Shown here: positions 1-9,222 of the stretch, in pieces
How the letters are laid out: each line of letters opens with the position of its first letter
Numbering within the stretch: position 1 is the first letter of the stretch
Assembly: GCF_014280175.1 (NCBI RefSeq)
Contig: NZ_CP047931.1
Location: 1,320,001-1,352,000, forward strand
DNA from: Synechococcus sp. A15-28
Lineage (GTDB): Bacteria; Cyanobacteriota; Cyanobacteriia; PCC-6307; Cyanobiaceae
Length of the DNA: 32,000 nucleotides
Direction of reading: 5' to 3'
Program-made: the position numbers and the translations under genes
Notes under the pieces: model-generated
Database searches by the model: none
Seen by the model: only the letters and a program-made list of their open reading frames with translations
Told to the model about the DNA's origin: nothing

Positions 1-2093
1 GCCGTGATCTCACCGCAGCAGCCCGTGACGGTCAGTTGGACCCGGTGATCGGTCGGGATGAAGAAATCCGCCGCACCATCCAGATTCTCAGCCGCCGCAC
101 CAAGAACAACCCCGTTCTGATCGGAGAACCCGGTGTCGGCAAAACTGCGATCGTGGAAGGGCTGGCGCAGCGCATCGTCAACGGCGACGTTCCCCAGGCT
201 CTGCAGAACCGACAGCTGATTGCCCTGGATATGGGCGCACTGATCGCCGGGGCCAAATACCGCGGTGAATTCGAGGAACGACTCAAAGCGGTGCTGAAGG
301 AGGTCACCTCCTCCGATGGACAGATTGTGCTGTTCATCGATGAGATCCACACCGTGGTGGGTGCTGGCGCCAGCGGTGGCGCCATGGATGCCAGCAATCT
401 GCTCAAACCGATGCTGGCCCGGGGTGAACTGCGCTGCATCGGCGCCACCACCCTCGATGAACACCGGCAGCACATCGAAAAAGACCCTGCCCTGGAGCGC
501 CGCTTCCAGCAGGTGCTGGTGGATCAGCCCACGGTGGTGGACACGATTTCAATCCTGCGGGGCCTGAAGGAGCGCTATGAGGTGCACCACGGCGTGCGCA
601 TCGCTGACAGTGCCCTAGTGGCCGCCGCCATGCTCAGCAGCCGCTACATCACCGATCGCTTCCTGCCGGATAAGGCCATCGATCTGGTGGATGAATCTGC
701 CGCGCGGCTGAAAATGGAGATCACCTCCAAACCGGAACAGATCGACGAGATCGATCGCAAGATTCTGCAGCTGGAGATGGAAAAGCTTTCCCTTGGCCGC
801 GAGTCCGACAGTGCCAGCCAGGAGCGGTTGCAACGGATCGAACGGGAGCTGGCGGAGCTCGGGGAGCAGCAGAGCAGCCTCAATGCCCAGTGGCAGCAGG
901 AGAAAGGAGCCATCGATGAGCTGTCATCTCTGAAAGAGGAGATCGAACGGGTGCAACTCCAGGTGGAGCAGGCCAAACGCAACTACGACCTCAACAAGGC
1001 GGCTGAACTCGAATACGGCACCCTGGCCACGCTGCAGCGGCAACTGCAGGACAAGGAAAGCCAGTTGGAACACGAGGACGGGACAGACAAAACCCTGTTG
1101 CGGGAGGAGGTCACCGAGGACGACATCGCCGAGGTGATCGCCAAGTGGACCGGCATCCCCGTGGCCCGTCTTGTGCAGAGCGAGATGGAGAAACTGCTGC
1201 AGCTGGAGGACGACCTGCACCGACGGGTGATCGGCCAGAACCAGGCGGTCACCGCTGTGGCCGATGCCATCCAGCGCTCTCGGGCTGGCCTCAGTGATCC
1301 CAATCGACCAATCGCCAGCTTTCTGTTCCTTGGCCCGACGGGTGTGGGCAAGACCGAACTGTCCAAAGCGCTGGCCAGTCGCCTCTTCGACAGCGACGAC
1401 GCCATGGTGCGCATCGACATGTCGGAATACATGGAGAAACACACCGTCAGCCGACTGATCGGAGCCCCTCCGGGCTACGTGGGTTATGAGGCCGGCGGCC
1501 AGCTCACCGAAGCCGTGCGTCGACGGCCCTACGCCGTGATTCTGTTCGACGAGGTGGAAAAAGCCCACCCCGATGTGTTCAACGTGATGCTCCAGATCCT
1601 CGATGACGGCCGCGTCACCGACGGCCAGGGACGCACCGTGGATTTCACGAATACGGTGCTAATTCTTACCAGCAACATTGGCAGCCAGTCGATCCTGGAG
1701 CTCGCCGGTGATCCCGATCGGCATGGGGAGATGGAGCAACGCGTCAATGAAGCGCTCAAGGCCAAATTCCGTCCGGAATTTCTCAACAGACTCGACGATC
1801 AGATCATCTTCCGCAGCCTTGAGAAAGAGGAATTGCGCCGAATCGTGTCACTCCAGGTGGAGCGTCTGAGCGGGCGACTGGAACAACGCAAGTTGGAGCT
1901 TCGACTCAGCGAGGCCGCTGCCGACTGGCTGGCCACCATCGGTTTTGATCCTGTGTATGGAGCAAGACCCTTGAAGCGAGCCATCCAGCGTGAACTGGAA
2001 ACACCTATCGCCAAAGCGATCCTGGCTGGACAGCTCAGTGAGGGAAAGACCGTGGATGTTGATGTTGATGGAGAAAAACTCTCAATCCGTTGA
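1..2093 (+). CDS. clpB: ATP-dependent chaperone/disaggregase ClpB, 5'-truncated by the window edge
   Basis: Frame 3 is open from nt 3 ([29 protein letters not shown]...), so the ORF-track start at 36 is internal. It has two AAA+ modules: Walker A GEPGVGKT and GPTGVGKTE, Walker B LFIDEIH and [11 protein letters not shown] long coiled-coil middle domain lies between them. TGA at 2091-2093. Confidence 0.95.
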   Translation, partial: RDLTAAARDGQLDPVIGRDEEIRRTIQILSRRTKNNPVLIGEPGVGKTAIVEGLAQRIVNGDVPQALQNRQLIALDMGALIAGAKYRGEFEERLKAVLKEVTSSDGQIVLFIDEIHTVVGAGASGGAMDASNLLKPMLARGELRCIGATTLDEHRQHIEKDPALERRFQQVLVDQPTVVDTISILRGLKERYEVHHGVRIADSALVAAAMLSSRYITDRFLPDKAIDLVDESAARLKMEITSKPEQIDEIDRKILQLEMEKLSLGRESDSASQERLQRIERELAELGEQQSSLNAQWQQEKGAIDELSSLKEEIERVQLQVEQAKRNYDLNKAAELEYGTLATLQRQLQDKESQLEHEDGTDKTLLREEVTEDDIAEVIAKWTGIPVARLVQSEMEKLLQLEDDLHRRVIGQNQAVTAVADAIQRSRAGLSDPNRPIASFLFLGPTGVGKTELSKALASRLFDSDDAMVRIDMSEYMEKHTVSRLIGAPPGYVGYEAGGQLTEAVRRRPYAVILFDEVEKAHPDVFNVMLQILDDGRVTDGQGRTVDFTNTVLILTSNIGSQSILELAGDPDRHGEMEQRVNEALKAKFRPEFLNRLDDQIIFRSLEKEELRRIVSLQVERLSGRLEQRKLELRLSEAAADWLATIGFDPVYGARPLKRAIQRELETPIAKAILAGQLSEGKTVDVDVDGEKLSIR

Positions 2094-2723
2094 GCTGGCC
2101 TGCAGGGTTGTAACAAGCAAAAGAATCCCAACAGCAATCGCTTGTCCAAAGATGGCCAGGACCACCCCCGACATCCCATGGCTGAACAAGCCGATAGAAA
2201 TGGCTGGGTTGTAAATCCCTGATTGAGTCAAGCCGCCGATGAGAGCGAGGAAACCCAGTCCTCCTCCGATGACAAGACCGGAGAGAGGTTGAGCGAAAGG
2301 ACAGATCCGCCCTTCATCACTCCAACGGAGGATCAAGGCATACAGAGCCAGGCTGAAGACAACTTCTGGAATCAATCCATCCAAGACAAATGCGCTGCTG
2401 GTGCCGCTTGCAGGCGTGAGCGCGAAACCGATTAGTGCGCCGATGATCTGAGCCACGATGTAACTTCCAGCCTCAGTCAAGGACTCAGTCGAACGAAACG
2501 CCGTCCTGCCAAAACGCTGCTGCGTCAGAAGAACGGTCACTGCAGGGTTGAAATGGGCACCGCTGAAACGCCCAATGACATGGATGAGCAAGGCAAGGCA
2601 AAGACCGATGCCCATCGACTGCTCAAATCCATTCATGTCAGCAGTACCGACTCGACTGATGGTGAAGGCAAGCAGGGCAGTGCCCAGGGCCTCAAGACCA
2701 CTGCGCTGAACCAAAGGAAGCAT
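2082..2723 (-). CDS. MIP/aquaporin-family channel (213 aa)
   Basis: Hydrophobic multi-helix protein carrying both MIP half-helix signatures, [10 protein letters not shown] and [12 protein letters not shown] at 2721-2723. Its stop overlaps the clpB 3' end by 12 nt (convergent). Confidence 0.85.
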   Translation of the reverse strand: MLPLVQRSGLEALGTALLAFTISRVGTADMNGFEQSMGIGLCLALLIHVIGRFSGAHFNPAVTVLLTQQRFGRTAFRSTESLTEAGSYIVAQIIGALIGFALTPASGTSSAFVLDGLIPEVVFSLALYALILRWSDEGRICPFAQPLSGLVIGGGLGFLALIGGLTQSGIYNPAISIGLFSHGMSGVVLAIFGQAIAVGILLLVTTLQASSTD

Positions 2724-2738
2724 CGTGAGCCTGGGGAG

Positions 2739-3215
2739 TTAGCGCACCGCCTCAAACCAGGGCGGCACAGAGCGAACCTGCGCAGCATTGCGCGAATTTT
2801 CGCGAGCTTCAACCGCCCAGCAACAGCTGCGTCCGGAATCACGCTCCTTCAGCAAGGCGTTGGCCCAATCCCAGACAAGGGCCGCTGTCGACTCCATCCC
2901 AACGTTCTCCATCACCCGCAGATCGAGCGCTCCCTGCCCATGCAACCGTCGCCAGTCCTCCAGAAGAGGGTCGTCGGAATTCACAAGAAACGTGTGGTCA
3001 AACTGCTCGCGCAGTTGCTGCTCCAACGGCCGCAGACTGGAGAAATCGACTACAAAGCCACACGCATCCAGCTCCGTTGCGGCAAACCACAAGGTGAAAC
3101 TGCGGCTGTACCCATGCACGAAGCGGCAGTGGCCGGAATGACGCCACTGCCGATGGCAGCAGGGGTAATTCTCGAACTGTTTGCTGCAGGTGAAACGCGT
3201 GGGAGCTTCGGGCAC
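2739..3215 (-). CDS. 6-pyruvoyl-tetrahydropterin synthase / QueD-family protein
   Basis: 158 aa with CRFVHGYS and FDHTFLVN blocks typical of the PTPS/QueD fold. GTG start (no in-frame ATG nearby). The gene ends 15 nt upstream of the MIP gene on the same strand. Confidence 0.7.
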   Translation of the reverse strand: MPEAPTRFTCSKQFENYPCCHRQWRHSGHCRFVHGYSRSFTLWFAATELDACGFVVDFSSLRPLEQQLREQFDHTFLVNSDDPLLEDWRRLHGQGALDLRVMENVGMESTAALVWDWANALLKERDSGRSCCWAVEARENSRNAAQVRSVPPWFEAVR

Positions 3216-3279
3216 GGCTGGCGACAGGGCGGAATCAGTCAGAACGCTGCGGGAGGATCAAGGGAGAAACCAAGGCCTG

Positions 3280-3948
3280 ATGCAGCCCCTCAGCCCAGCC
3301 TTCATCGACCAACTCCGTTTTAACGAAGCGGGGTTGATCCCAGCGATCGCCCAAGACTGGCTGGATGGGGCTGTCCTGATGGTGGCCTGGATGAATCGGG
3401 ACTCGATTCAACAAACCTTGAGCAGCGGCGAGGCTCATTACTGGAGTCGATCACGGCAGGAGCTCTGGCATAAAGGCGCCACCAGTGGTCACACCCAATT
3501 GGTTCGGTCCATCCGCTACGACTGCGATGCCGATGTGCTGCTGCTGACCATCGAACAGAGCGGCGAGATCGCCTGCCACACGGGTGCCCGCAGTTGCTTT
3601 TTCGAGCAAAACGATCAAAGGTCGAAGGGAGGCTCCCAGGCTCTCCCCCCACCTGCCGATGCCTGCACCGAGCTGTTCCGCGTGATCGAGGGAAGGCGAG
3701 ACACTCCGGAGGAAGGGAGCTACACCAACAAACTGCTGGAGGGCGGCGACAACAGGATCCTCAAGAAAATCGGTGAGGAGAGTGCTGAATTCGTGATGGC
3801 CTGCAAGGACGACAATCCCGAGGAGATCGCCGGAGAGGCCGCCGACATCCTGTTTCACATGCAGGTGGCCCTAGCGCACCACGGGGTGAGCTGGCGTCAG
3901 GTGCAGGAGGTGCTGGCCGCCAGGCGAGGGGCACCCCGCCGCCATTGA
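3280..3948 (+). CDS. hisIE: Bifunctional phosphoribosyl-AMP cyclohydrolase / phosphoribosyl-ATP pyrophosphatase
   Basis: HisI block [54 protein letters not shown]...[10 protein letters not shown]. HisE block [28 protein letters not shown]...[13 protein letters not shown]. First ATG is at 3280; the ORF-track start at 3181 would overlap the divergent QueD-like gene. Confidence 0.9.
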   Translation: MQPLSPAFIDQLRFNEAGLIPAIAQDWLDGAVLMVAWMNRDSIQQTLSSGEAHYWSRSRQELWHKGATSGHTQLVRSIRYDCDADVLLLTIEQSGEIACHTGARSCFFEQNDQRSKGGSQALPPPADACTELFRVIEGRRDTPEEGSYTNKLLEGGDNRILKKIGEESAEFVMACKDDNPEEIAGEAADILFHMQVALAHHGVSWRQVQEVLAARRGAPRRH

Positions 3949-3949
3949 T

Positions 3950-4615
3950 TCAGGGAAGACAGGGACTATCACTGCTGATCACCACCTCATCTCCCAGCTG
4001 AAGCGTGCCCAGCAATGTCTTCAAGGTGTCCTGTTTCACATTGATGCAACCACCGGTCAGCGCCTGACCGACACGACGCTCATCGTTGGTGCCATGGATC
4101 GCGAAGCTGTACCAGCGGAACTTGCCGTCATAGGTGTTGAACTGAAACGGTTGATCTGTGGGAGGAACCGGCGCCAGGCTGATGTATCCGCTGCCGTATT
4201 CGCCGGACTGGCCATCACCCTTGAAATCGATGGCACTCATGTTGCGGAACAGTGAGTCCTGCAGCTCCGCTTCGCTTTTGCCGGATCGTTCCACCAGGTC
4301 CTCCTCCATCGCGAAATCGCTGTCACTGAGGATGGCGTTGACGCGAAACCTGCCCAGCGGAGTCCACCCATCCTGAAAGCGGGTCCCTGCACAGGCGAGC
4401 CCGAGGCGGCCGAAGCCGATGGGAAAGTGCAGCGTCGTCTCACCAACCTCCAGAGTTCCCTCACTGGCCGAAGGATTCTCCGCATCCAGCTGAATACGAA
4501 CCAATCGACTGGCCTCTGTCGTCTGTCCAGTCGCGTCCCCCTGATCGTTTCCGCTGGCGCAGCTGGTGACGGTCACCAGCACGACCAGCGACATCAGCGA
4601 ACGGATCGAGAACAC
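3950..4615 (-). CDS. L,D-transpeptidase (YkuD-domain) lipoprotein
   Basis: N-terminal lipoprotein-type signal (SLVVLVTVTSC). C-terminal YkuD catalytic motif FAIHGTNDERRVGQALTGGCINV (His ... Gly-Cys). GTG start at 4615; an alternative ATG lies at 4594. The stop is 1 nt from the hisIE stop (convergent). Confidence 0.72.
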   Translation of the reverse strand: MFSIRSLMSLVVLVTVTSCASGNDQGDATGQTTEASRLVRIQLDAENPSASEGTLEVGETTLHFPIGFGRLGLACAGTRFQDGWTPLGRFRVNAILSDSDFAMEEDLVERSGKSEAELQDSLFRNMSAIDFKGDGQSGEYGSGYISLAPVPPTDQPFQFNTYDGKFRWYSFAIHGTNDERRVGQALTGGCINVKQDTLKTLLGTLQLGDEVVISSDSPCLP

Positions 4616-4687
4616 GGCAATCGGATCACTGACGCCAGCTTGTCGACATCACGCTCGCCGCGCACGGTCCTTCGAGGGTTCGATGGC

Positions 4688-5326
4688 TCAGGGATGTTGC
4701 TTGGGATCGCCAAAGGCAGTGTCCTTTCGGCGCAGCCAATTCAGCGTCTCGCGATCTCGATCGGAGAGCTGAAGCACGGGCACCTTGCCCTGGTGAACCG
4801 CCATGGCATCTCCAGGATCAGGACTGTGCCCCCAGAGCCCGAAGGCATGGCCCAACTCGTGCAACGCCGTGGCTTGCAACGCAGTCGCCCGAAGTTCCGG
4901 TGAAACAAGCACCGCCACCTCGGGCTCAAATCGCCACACGCCCTGCCTCCGAACCTTCACGAGCTGTAGTCGACTGCGACCGTTGCTGGCGCGCCAGCCA
5001 CTGGCCGTTCGTCGCCTGGGAGGTCGTTGCCGCAATAGCCGTACATGGGCCTGTTCCGGAGTGTTGACGAGAACCACCGGCAAATGGTTTGACCAGGTGT
5101 CCAGTGCCGCCGTGACTGCCGTGAGCCAACGCTTCTGCCAACGATCAGGCGGATCACCCACAACTGGCTCAACCCAGACGCACCACTGCTGAAGTGAAGC
5201 CGGCCCCATCGAGGTGGTTGCCAAGGAGAGGCCGTACCCGGGTGCCTGAGACAGTGTGGAGCGGATCAATGGAGCCGTCTCCAGCAGCCGACTCTCCTGA
5301 GCTGGAGGACACGGCTCCACGGGCAT
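4688..5326 (-). CDS. Matrixin-like zinc metalloprotease
   Basis: Metzincin motif HELGHAFGLWGHS (HExxHxxGxxH) near the C-terminus. The ATG at 5324-5326 shares one base with the upstream DUF2214 stop (TGATG on the minus strand). Confidence 0.62.
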   Translation of the reverse strand: MPVEPCPPAQESRLLETAPLIRSTLSQAPGYGLSLATTSMGPASLQQWCVWVEPVVGDPPDRWQKRWLTAVTAALDTWSNHLPVVLVNTPEQAHVRLLRQRPPRRRTASGWRASNGRSRLQLVKVRRQGVWRFEPEVAVLVSPELRATALQATALHELGHAFGLWGHSPDPGDAMAVHQGKVPVLQLSDRDRETLNWLRRKDTAFGDPKQHP

Positions 5327-5817
5327 CAAGCGGCGGGTAGCCCCACGCCCCGCGCCATCAGAGTTGCCAGGAAGGGGATGCTGGCGAACCCGACCAGTTC
5401 GATGTTGATGATCCAGGCCAGGCGGCTGGCCAGAGCCTCACTGACCTTCGGCAGCTCACCCTTTCGCAGGGGAATCGCCCAGAGGATGTAAGTGATTGTC
5501 GGGTAGAGGGACAGGCCGCCGACGGACAGATACAGACCGACCTTCCACCAGAACAGAGGGTTCTGCGTGTAGAACTCGGAACCCTGTCCGAAATGAAGCA
5601 CCCGCAGAATGCCGCTGACCAGCAAAGCCAGCGCTGCGATGCCATAAACGATGTCGGTGATGACCATCGCTGTGGCTTCACCGCGATCAGGGTTGGCCTT
5701 GATCAGCTTGCGCTCCAGCACCAGGGCACCGAAGCAGAACATGAAACTCACGTAGTGCACGTAGGCGGCGCCTGCGTTTTTGGCGATATCGGCAGTGAGG
5801 GCCACAGCCAGGTGCAT
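5326..5817 (-). CDS. DUF2214-family integral membrane protein
   Basis: 163 aa with about 5 hydrophobic helices. Resembles the cyanobacterial DUF2214 family from memory (YVHYVSFMFCFGALVLERKL...NPLFWWKVGLY). ATG start, and G/C-biased third codon positions. Confidence 0.55.
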   Translation of the reverse strand: MHLAVALTADIAKNAGAAYVHYVSFMFCFGALVLERKLIKANPDRGEATAMVITDIVYGIAALALLVSGILRVLHFGQGSEFYTQNPLFWWKVGLYLSVGGLSLYPTITYILWAIPLRKGELPKVSEALASRLAWIINIELVGFASIPFLATLMARGVGLPAA

Positions 5818-5869
5818 GGGATTCGACCGGAAAACGCCGCGACCCTAACCGGCCTGATGACAAAGGCAT

Positions 5870-5996
5870 AAAAGATTGGCTTCAACAAACAGAAGAAAAG
5901 GTATAAACATTGCCGAATCATTAATTCCGCAGTCTTTATTACACCCGGAAAAGAAGAACACAAGCGTTCTAGGTTCAATTCAGCGACTAAGACCAG
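5870..5996. promoter_or_regulatory. AT-rich divergent intergenic region: promoters and 5' UTRs of the sigma-factor gene (+) and the DUF2214 operon (-)
   Basis: This is the only markedly AT-rich stretch in the window (aaaagattggcttcaacaaacagaagaaaaggtataaacattgccgaatcattaattcc...). It sits between divergently oriented genes and contains -10-like TATAAA and TATTAC hexamers. Exact promoter elements are not resolved. Confidence 0.45.
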
Positions 5997-6923
5997 ATGG
6001 TGAGCTCTCTGAGTGCCTTTCTTGGTGAAATCGGCCGCCACCAGTTACTGACCCCAGAGCAGGAACTCATGCTGGGGCGGAAGGTTCAGGCAATGGTTGC
6101 CATCACGGAACCCTGCACTCTTGCCGGAGGACAAGGTGATGCTTGCACATACAGCGACGAAGAAAAAGCGGTGATTCGGCGTGGAGAGCGGGCGAAAAAT
6201 CAAATGATCACCGCCAATCTTCGGCTGGTTGTCAATCTCGCCAAGCGCTACCAGGGAAAGGGGCTGGATCTCCTGGATCTCATCCAGGAAGGGACCCTTG
6301 GCCTGACCCGTGCCGTGGAGAAGTACGACCCCACCCGAGGCCACCGCTTTTCGACCTACGCCTACTGGTGGATTCGTCAGGGACTCAACCGTGCTCTGTC
6401 CACCCAGAGCCGCACGATTCGCATCCCCGTCAACGTCAACGAAAAACTGACCAAGTTGCGGGCTGCCAAAGCGCGCTTGATGCAACGCAACGGTCTGACA
6501 CCGACCGCGGAGCAACTGGCGGAACTCATGGAGATCCCGCTCTCCGAAGTCGAGGATCTGCTGGCCTGTGAATTGCGCAGCGTCACCGTGAGTCTTCAAG
6601 GGGTGGTGAAGTCAAAATCGGATCCCTCCGAACTGGTGGACGTTCTCCCAAGCGATGAACTGCCTCCGATGGAGCGGGCTGAAATCGCCGAACGATCCGC
6701 ATCGGTGTGGACCTTGCTCGGCAAAGCCAATCTCACGCCCAAGGAGCGCACCGTGGTGACCCTGCGCTTCGGCCTCGACGGCACCAACGAGTGGCGCACC
6801 CTGGCCGAGGTGGCACGGCACATGAATTGCTCGCGTGAATATTGCCGTCAGGTTGTGCAGCGTGCCCTGCGCAAACTGCGTAAAACAGGTATTCAGAGTG
6901 GTCTGGTGGAATCGACACTCTGA
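5997..6923 (+). CDS. Alternative sigma-70-family RNA polymerase sigma factor (group 2/3-like)
   Basis: Region 2 DLIQEGTLGLTRAVEKYDPTRGHRFSTYAYWWIRQGLNRAL, region 3 IRIPVNVNEKLTKL, and region 4.2 HTH RTLAEVARHMNCSREYCRQVVQRALRKLR. There is no long region 1.1, so this is not the primary sigma. Confidence 0.9.
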   Translation: MVSSLSAFLGEIGRHQLLTPEQELMLGRKVQAMVAITEPCTLAGGQGDACTYSDEEKAVIRRGERAKNQMITANLRLVVNLAKRYQGKGLDLLDLIQEGTLGLTRAVEKYDPTRGHRFSTYAYWWIRQGLNRALSTQSRTIRIPVNVNEKLTKLRAAKARLMQRNGLTPTAEQLAELMEIPLSEVEDLLACELRSVTVSLQGVVKSKSDPSELVDVLPSDELPPMERAEIAERSASVWTLLGKANLTPKERTVVTLRFGLDGTNEWRTLAEVARHMNCSREYCRQVVQRALRKLRKTGIQSGLVESTL

Positions 6924-6947
6924 ACCGCCAACCTGCGAGGACCGTTG

Positions 6948-7322
6948 ATGGCGCAATCCACTGAACGAGCATCCCAGGCCACCATTGATGCCACGGTCAT
7001 CGACAGCGAACTGGTCGATGAAAATCTGCTGAAGCGGCTGCTGGTTCGTGCCGGGCGAACCTTGGCAACCCCTGCCCTGGAAGCACTGGAGCTGCTGCTG
7101 GATCCGAGCACGCCGTCACCAGTCCGTCTGACGATGCTGGCAGCCCTCAGTTACCTCTTGATGCCGGCCGACCTCATCCCGGACATCCTCCCGGTGGCCG
7201 GATTCAGTGATGACCTCGTCGCCTTGACGGCCGTGATCGGGGCCTGGCGAAATCACCTCACCCCTGCCATCCAGGCCCGGGCCCAGCGCAGACTGGATCA
7301 GTGGTTCCCACTGACACGCTGA
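6948..7322 (+). CDS. DUF1232 (YkvA-like) membrane protein
   Basis: LLMPADLIPDILPVAGFSDDLVALTAVI matches the DUF1232 signature. ATG at 6948, 24 nt after the sigma gene. Confidence 0.68.
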   Translation: MAQSTERASQATIDATVIDSELVDENLLKRLLVRAGRTLATPALEALELLLDPSTPSPVRLTMLAALSYLLMPADLIPDILPVAGFSDDLVALTAVIGAWRNHLTPAIQARAQRRLDQWFPLTR

Positions 7323-7332
7323 GCATCGACCG

Positions 7333-7647
7333 ATGGCTGCCTGGACCCCTGAACTGGAAGCAGATCTGAGTCAACTGCTGAAGGACTGGCTCAAGCAGCA
7401 AGGTCGCACCCAGGCAGACCTTCGCCGCAGCCTCAAGGCCGTCTCCACCCGGATGCCAGCGCTGCTGGAGGTTTTGGAGCGGGAACATCGGCTCAACGGC
7501 CTGTCCGGACTGGTGGCTCGGCTCTGCCGTGTTGAAGACGAGTGGCACGGCAGCGCTGATCATGCGGATGAAGCGACAAACCAAAGCGATCCCTTCGGCC
7601 AATTGGATCTCCTGCTCCAGGAAATTCGCCAGGACTGCCCCAGCTGA
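7333..7647 (+). CDS. Hypothetical protein (104 aa, acidic/helical)
   Basis: ATG lies 10 nt after the preceding stop, and third codon positions are G/C-rich. GRTQADLRRSLKAVS is weakly HTH-like. No family recognised. Confidence 0.5.
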   Translation: MAAWTPELEADLSQLLKDWLKQQGRTQADLRRSLKAVSTRMPALLEVLEREHRLNGLSGLVARLCRVEDEWHGSADHADEATNQSDPFGQLDLLLQEIRQDCPS

Positions 7648-7688
7648 GACACTTCAGCGGCAAAGTGGTGATCAACAGCGAGGACCCA

Positions 7689-7868
7689 ATGACCACGGCA
7701 ACGTTGACCGCTGTCTGCATGCTGCTCCTGAGCGTCACCACAGCACTCGCTCCTGCTGCCAGAGCGCAATCGGAAGGCTGGATGCTGGGTCCCGGCAGCA
7801 AAACCGGCAAAGACAGCAAGGTGGTTCCCACCAATTGCGTGACGACAGCCGACGGCGCCATCACCTGA
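7689..7868 (+). CDS. Hypothetical small secreted peptide (59 aa)
   Basis: MTTATLTAVCMLLLSVTTALAPAARA|QSEG looks like a Sec signal with an A-x-A cleavage site, leaving a 33-aa mature part. Competing ORFs in other frames translate to Arg/Gln/His-rich junk. Confidence 0.4.
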   Translation: MTTATLTAVCMLLLSVTTALAPAARAQSEGWMLGPGSKTGKDSKVVPTNCVTTADGAIT

Positions 7869-7944
7869 GACACCAAGGTCGAGACACCGTCCAGCAACAC
7901 ACCGGCCCGGCCTTACTACAACCCCTTCAACGACTAATTAAGCC

Positions 7945-8466
7945 GTGAATCGTTCCCGCAGGTCGCAAACGTCCTTTCTGACCGTCGTCGACTCCGGAGA
8001 ACGGGAAGTTGCCCGGTTACTCACCCTGATCACCGGCGTCGTGATCCTGGCGGCGCTGGTTCAGCTGGTCACATCGCTTGGCTCCAAGCTTCTGACCGGA
8101 TCGGAGGCCACCTGGCTCGGCGATGACCTGATCAAGGTGCTCGGTGATCTGCTGACGGTGCTTATTGCACTGGAAGTGCTCCAGAACATCACCAGTTATC
8201 TGCGCCGTCATGTGGTGCAGATTGAATTGGTCCTTGTCACGGCTCTCACGGCCGTGGCCCGCAAAGTGATTGTTCTGCCATCCGGCGCGGAAGACAAACC
8301 CCAATTACTGGTGGGCCTGGGAATTGCTGTGGTGTCCCTTTCAGCGGCTTACTGGCTGGTTAAACGGGCCAATGCAGGGCCAGCCAGAGTGTCCCTGGAG
8401 ATGGATCCGTCCGTTCCACCCGATGACGACGATGCGGAGGACAGAACCAATGGTCACCCAAGCTGA
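7945..8466 (+). CDS. PsiE-family (phosphate-starvation-inducible E-like) membrane protein
   Basis: Four hydrophobic helices, with the block LTVLIALEVLQNITSYLRRHVVQIELVLVTALTAVARKVIVL typical of PsiE. GTG start (no ATG in the N-terminal region). The acidic C-terminal tail overlaps the convergent cupin gene. Confidence 0.62.
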   Translation: MNRSRRSQTSFLTVVDSGEREVARLLTLITGVVILAALVQLVTSLGSKLLTGSEATWLGDDLIKVLGDLLTVLIALEVLQNITSYLRRHVVQIELVLVTALTAVARKVIVLPSGAEDKPQLLVGLGIAVVSLSAAYWLVKRANAGPARVSLEMDPSVPPDDDDAEDRTNGHPS

Positions 8467-8884
8467 GATCGATCTCTTCTGTGGGGTTCTCGCAACGGAT
8501 GCGCGCACTGCCCCGCAGTAGTAAGACCCACTCGAATGACTCCTGACTCATCCATTCCCCAGGGGGGGTTGATGCGTCGTTGGAGTTGATCACGGTCAAC
8601 CGCCAACGATCTCCTTCAAGCAGGGTGCGCTCAGATTCGCTTCCGGAAGCGGGAAGATCCTCACGCAGGAGGTTGTTGTCATCGACGGCAGGGATGTCCG
8701 GTTCCCCCCAGCGACGTGCAATCTCAAATCCCCAGGTTCTGGCGAGGGCCACAACTTCGTTGTGACTCGTGCAGGCAGCCAGCGATTGCCTGCGGTGATC
8801 ATCACCATCAAGGCTCTGAACCAACTGCTGAAGCTGGTCCACCTTGTGCAGGAAGCGACTGAGATCCTGCTCTGTCATTCCCAT
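8360..8884 (-). CDS. Nif11-domain / cupin-domain fusion protein
   Basis: The N-terminus MTEQDLSRFLHKVDQLQQLVQSL...SHNEVVALARTWGFEI matches the Nif11 domain pattern. The C-terminus EWVLLLRGSARIRC...LGDHWFCPPHRRHRVERTDPSPGTLWLALH is a cupin beta-barrel. Confidence 0.7.
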   Translation of the reverse strand: MGMTEQDLSRFLHKVDQLQQLVQSLDGDDHRRQSLAACTSHNEVVALARTWGFEIARRWGEPDIPAVDDNNLLREDLPASGSESERTLLEGDRWRLTVINSNDASTPPGEWMSQESFEWVLLLRGSARIRCENPTEEIDLSLGDHWFCPPHRRHRVERTDPSPGTLWLALHWPV

Positions 8885-8967
8885 CGCAACTCGGCATGCA
8901 GTGATCCTGGCAACAGACAGAGGGACTCTCAGACGCCGAAAGTCAGGAAGCCCTGATCTTTCCGCTC

Positions 8968-9201
8968 ATGCCAACAGCGACCAAGGTTCTGACCATCGGA
9001 GATCTGGAAGCGGGCTTTGCGACGTACTGCCAAGCGCTGCGTCGGCTGGTAGCCGATGGTCGTGAGATGGACTCCATCCGTCGCACGATCTGCTGGGATT
9101 ATCTGAATCGCCTGCACACCTCTCTGCCCCAGAGCTACCGCTCCCCTGAAGAGCTGGTGGCGCGTTACAAAAGGGCTTCGCTTGCTGCTGCTGCAAACTG
9201 A
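8968..9201 (+). CDS. Hypothetical protein (77 aa)
   Basis: ATG start with coding-like third-position G/C bias. It ends 21 nt before the cytochrome c6-like gene. No family recognised. Confidence 0.45.
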   Translation: MPTATKVLTIGDLEAGFATYCQALRRLVADGREMDSIRRTICWDYLNRLHTSLPQSYRSPEELVARYKRASLAAAAN

Positions 9202-9222
9202 GCGGCAGTTGAACCATCCTTT

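Noticed and set aside
3343-3350. HIP1 octamer GCGATCGC (also at 13490-13497 and 25498-25505)
   Set aside because: I noticed only about three copies, roughly what base composition predicts. All lie inside coding sequence, so this is not a repeat family here.
7869-7944. Pho-box-like repeats (CTTACTAC / CCCTTCAA / CTAATTAA at about 11-bp spacing) upstream of the PsiE-like gene
   Set aside because: Each unit matches the PyTTAAPyPy(T/A) consensus at only about 4-5 of 8 positions, which is too weak to call without comparative data.
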